A stretch of 33,537 bases of DNA from assembly GCA_043750125.1 (NCBI GenBank), contig JAYVCD010000067.1:1-33537 (forward strand). Direction: 5' to 3'. The notes under the pieces are model-generated. The model saw only the letters and a list, made by a program, of their open reading frames with translations. It was not told where the DNA came from and ran no database searches. Source of the DNA: Archangiaceae bacterium (GTDB lineage Bacteria > Myxococcota > Myxococcia > Myxococcales > Myxococcaceae). Of this stretch, positions 32,074 to 33,537 are shown in pieces (positions within the stretch are counted from its first letter, which is position 1; every line of letters begins with the position of its first letter). The position numbers and the translations under genes were made by a program.

Positions 32074-33387
32074 CTAACTACCAGACTTGTTGCCGTCGGG
32101 GGCAGGTTTCGTCGGGAAGGGAATCCCCTCGGCGCTGCGGACCTTGGTGGGCCGGGCATCTGCGAGCGTGAAGTTGACCTCGCGCGAGATGTCGCTGGGT
32201 GCTTTCTCTTTGGCCGCGGGGTTCGCCGGTTCCTGGGGAGTCTTCTTCACCGAGGCGAAGATCGGCCGGGTGGCATCGACAAAAGCCCGCACGTCGTCCA
32301 GCGGAAGGGCGGGCACATGATGGCCATTCACCCCGGTCATCGGCTGGGCCATGCACATCGAGTTGAGAATCGCCTCTTCGGTCGCTTCCATCACCGCCTC
32401 GTAGAGAGGGTCCAGGCGCTGGTCGAGAAGGATCTTCATCTTGTAGACCATCTTCCGGGTGCGCCTGGGAATGACGTTGGCGGTCGAAAAGCCGACCACG
32501 ATTTCCCCCGACCCGTGCGCGGCGTAGCTGCCCACGCGCCCAATCGCCAGCGCCACCCGCTTGCACAACCGGTTGATCTGGTGGGGCAACAGCGGAGCGT
32601 CGGTCGCGACCACCGCGATGATCGACCCGTAGCTCATCTGCCGCTTGGGCAAGTCGCGCAATTGCTCGGCCAGCACCTCGCCCAGCGGCAGCCCCGCGAC
32701 GCGCAAGTTGTGCATCTTGCCGAAGTTGCTCATCACCAGCACACCCAGGGTGTAGCCGCCGAACACCTGGGGCAGCTTGCGTGACGAGGTGCCGATGCCC
32801 GCCTTGAAGTCGCAGGTGATCATGCCCGTGCCGCCACCGACCGCGCCCTCTTGCACCGCGCCGGCTTTGGCCGCGGCGATGGCCTCGCGCACGTGGTGCT
32901 CTTTGACGTGGTGGCCCGAGATGTCGTTGAGGTAGCTGTCATCGCACTCCCCCACCACGGGGATGATGACGTCGTGCTCGTCGCCGATGCCGGGGTATTG
33001 CTCGACCATCGACCGCGCCACTGCGTCACTGACCGCGCCCACCGACATGGTGTTGGTGAGCAGAATCGGAGTCTCGAGCAACCCCCACTCGACCATCTGG
33101 GTCAGCCCGGAGACCTCGCCCGCGCCGTTGAGCACGAAAGCCCCGCCGGCGAGGCGCTCCATGAAGATGTTGCTCTGGTTCGGCAGAATCGCGGTCACGC
33201 CGGTGCGCACCGGGCCCTGGCCGACCTTCAAGGGCCCCGCGTCGCCTTTGATGATGGTGCTGTGCCCGACCAGCACCCCCTCGACGTCGGTGATCGCGTT
33301 GTGCTTGCCGGGCTTGAAGCGGCCCAACGGGAGATCGAGCTCCCGCGCACGAACCCGAACGTCACGACCTGCGCTCGTCGAAGGCAT
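32074..33387 (-). CDS. dmpA: DmpA/peptidase S58 (P1) family aminopeptidase
   Basis: NAITDVEGVLVGH, VRTGVTAILP, NGAGE, PVVGECDDSYLND, EGAVGGGTGM, ATDAPL, self-cleavage site HG|SGE, EATEEAILNS; likely start ATG 33387. Confidence 0.93.
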   Translation of the reverse strand: MPSTSAGRDVRVRARELDLPLGRFKPGKHNAITDVEGVLVGHSTIIKGDAGPLKVGQGPVRTGVTAILPNQSNIFMERLAGGAFVLNGAGEVSGLTQMVEWGLLETPILLTNTMSVGAVSDAVARSMVEQYPGIGDEHDVIIPVVGECDDSYLNDISGHHVKEHHVREAIAAAKAGAVQEGAVGGGTGMITCDFKAGIGTSSRKLPQVFGGYTLGVLVMSNFGKMHNLRVAGLPLGEVLAEQLRDLPKRQMSYGSIIAVVATDAPLLPHQINRLCKRVALAIGRVGSYAAHGSGEIVVGFSTANVIPRRTRKMVYKMKILLDQRLDPLYEAVMEATEEAILNSMCMAQPMTGVNGHHVPALPLDDVRAFVDATRPIFASVKKTPQEPANPAAKEKAPSDISREVNFTLADARPTKVRSAEGIPFPTKPAPDGNKSGS

Positions 33388-33537
33388 GGCGTGGGTTCGT
33401 ACCCGCTCTGGCTCAAAGCGCAACCCCTGCGGCGGGTTGCGGTCGAAGCCGAAGCTGACCGTGCGAAATTGGCTGAGCGCGTTGTCGCAGACGTTGCGCG
33501 AATACTGCAGGGCAACCCGAGCGCCCCGGTGCACTGC

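Noticed and set aside
33388-33537. In-frame extension upstream of dmpA and an 8-bp hairpin at 33419-33441
   Set aside because: The window ends here, so I cannot tell leader, upstream gene and divergent gene apart.
1-33537. CRISPR arrays, rRNA, tRNA or riboswitches
   Set aside because: Intergenic gaps are short, and I found no regularly spaced repeats or recognisable structured RNA by eye. An Infernal/Rfam scan would be needed to exclude small leaders such as one before rplM.

Overview
GC-rich chromosomal segment that looks myxobacterial (Myxococcaceae/Archangiaceae-like): it has a MYXO-CTERM protein, an AgmX/PglI-type protein and many Cys-rich lipoproteins. Contents, left to right: (1) a PilT paralogue cut by the window edge, rpsI, rplM, a UvrD/Rep helicase and a CxxCxxC-periodic protein; (2) a ~4.7 kb, partly decayed sigma54 block with a CheB fragment, a sensor-less kinase, an NtrC-type regulator, a GAFTGA-less enhancer-binding protein, two CBS genes, several GG-N10-GC promoters and GCGCA-N5-TGCGC boxes; (3) a TPR-zincin lipoprotein, an orphan clpX, truA, a small RHH protein and a large BPI/TULIP-like surface protein; (4) larE-cysC plus a sulfur-carrier cysteine operon (JAMM peptidase, CysM, CysO-like carrier, TusA, MoeB); (5) two kinases with a NarL-type regulator, a Cys-rich lipoprotein, a beta-barrel, a HAD hydrolase, a 39-aa basic protein missing from the ORF track, and a DmpA peptidase. 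The most striking signal is in the sulfur operon. Its E1 (MoeB/ThiF) function seems split between an active subunit lacking the N-terminal RYxRQ arginine finger and an inactive subunit that keeps it, the same layout as eukaryotic SUMO/NEDD8 heterodimeric E1s. The operon also pairs an active cysteine synthase with a paralogue lacking the PLP lysine. No tRNA, rRNA, CRISPR array or transposase was recognised. All family assignments come from motif reading and memory, not from searches.
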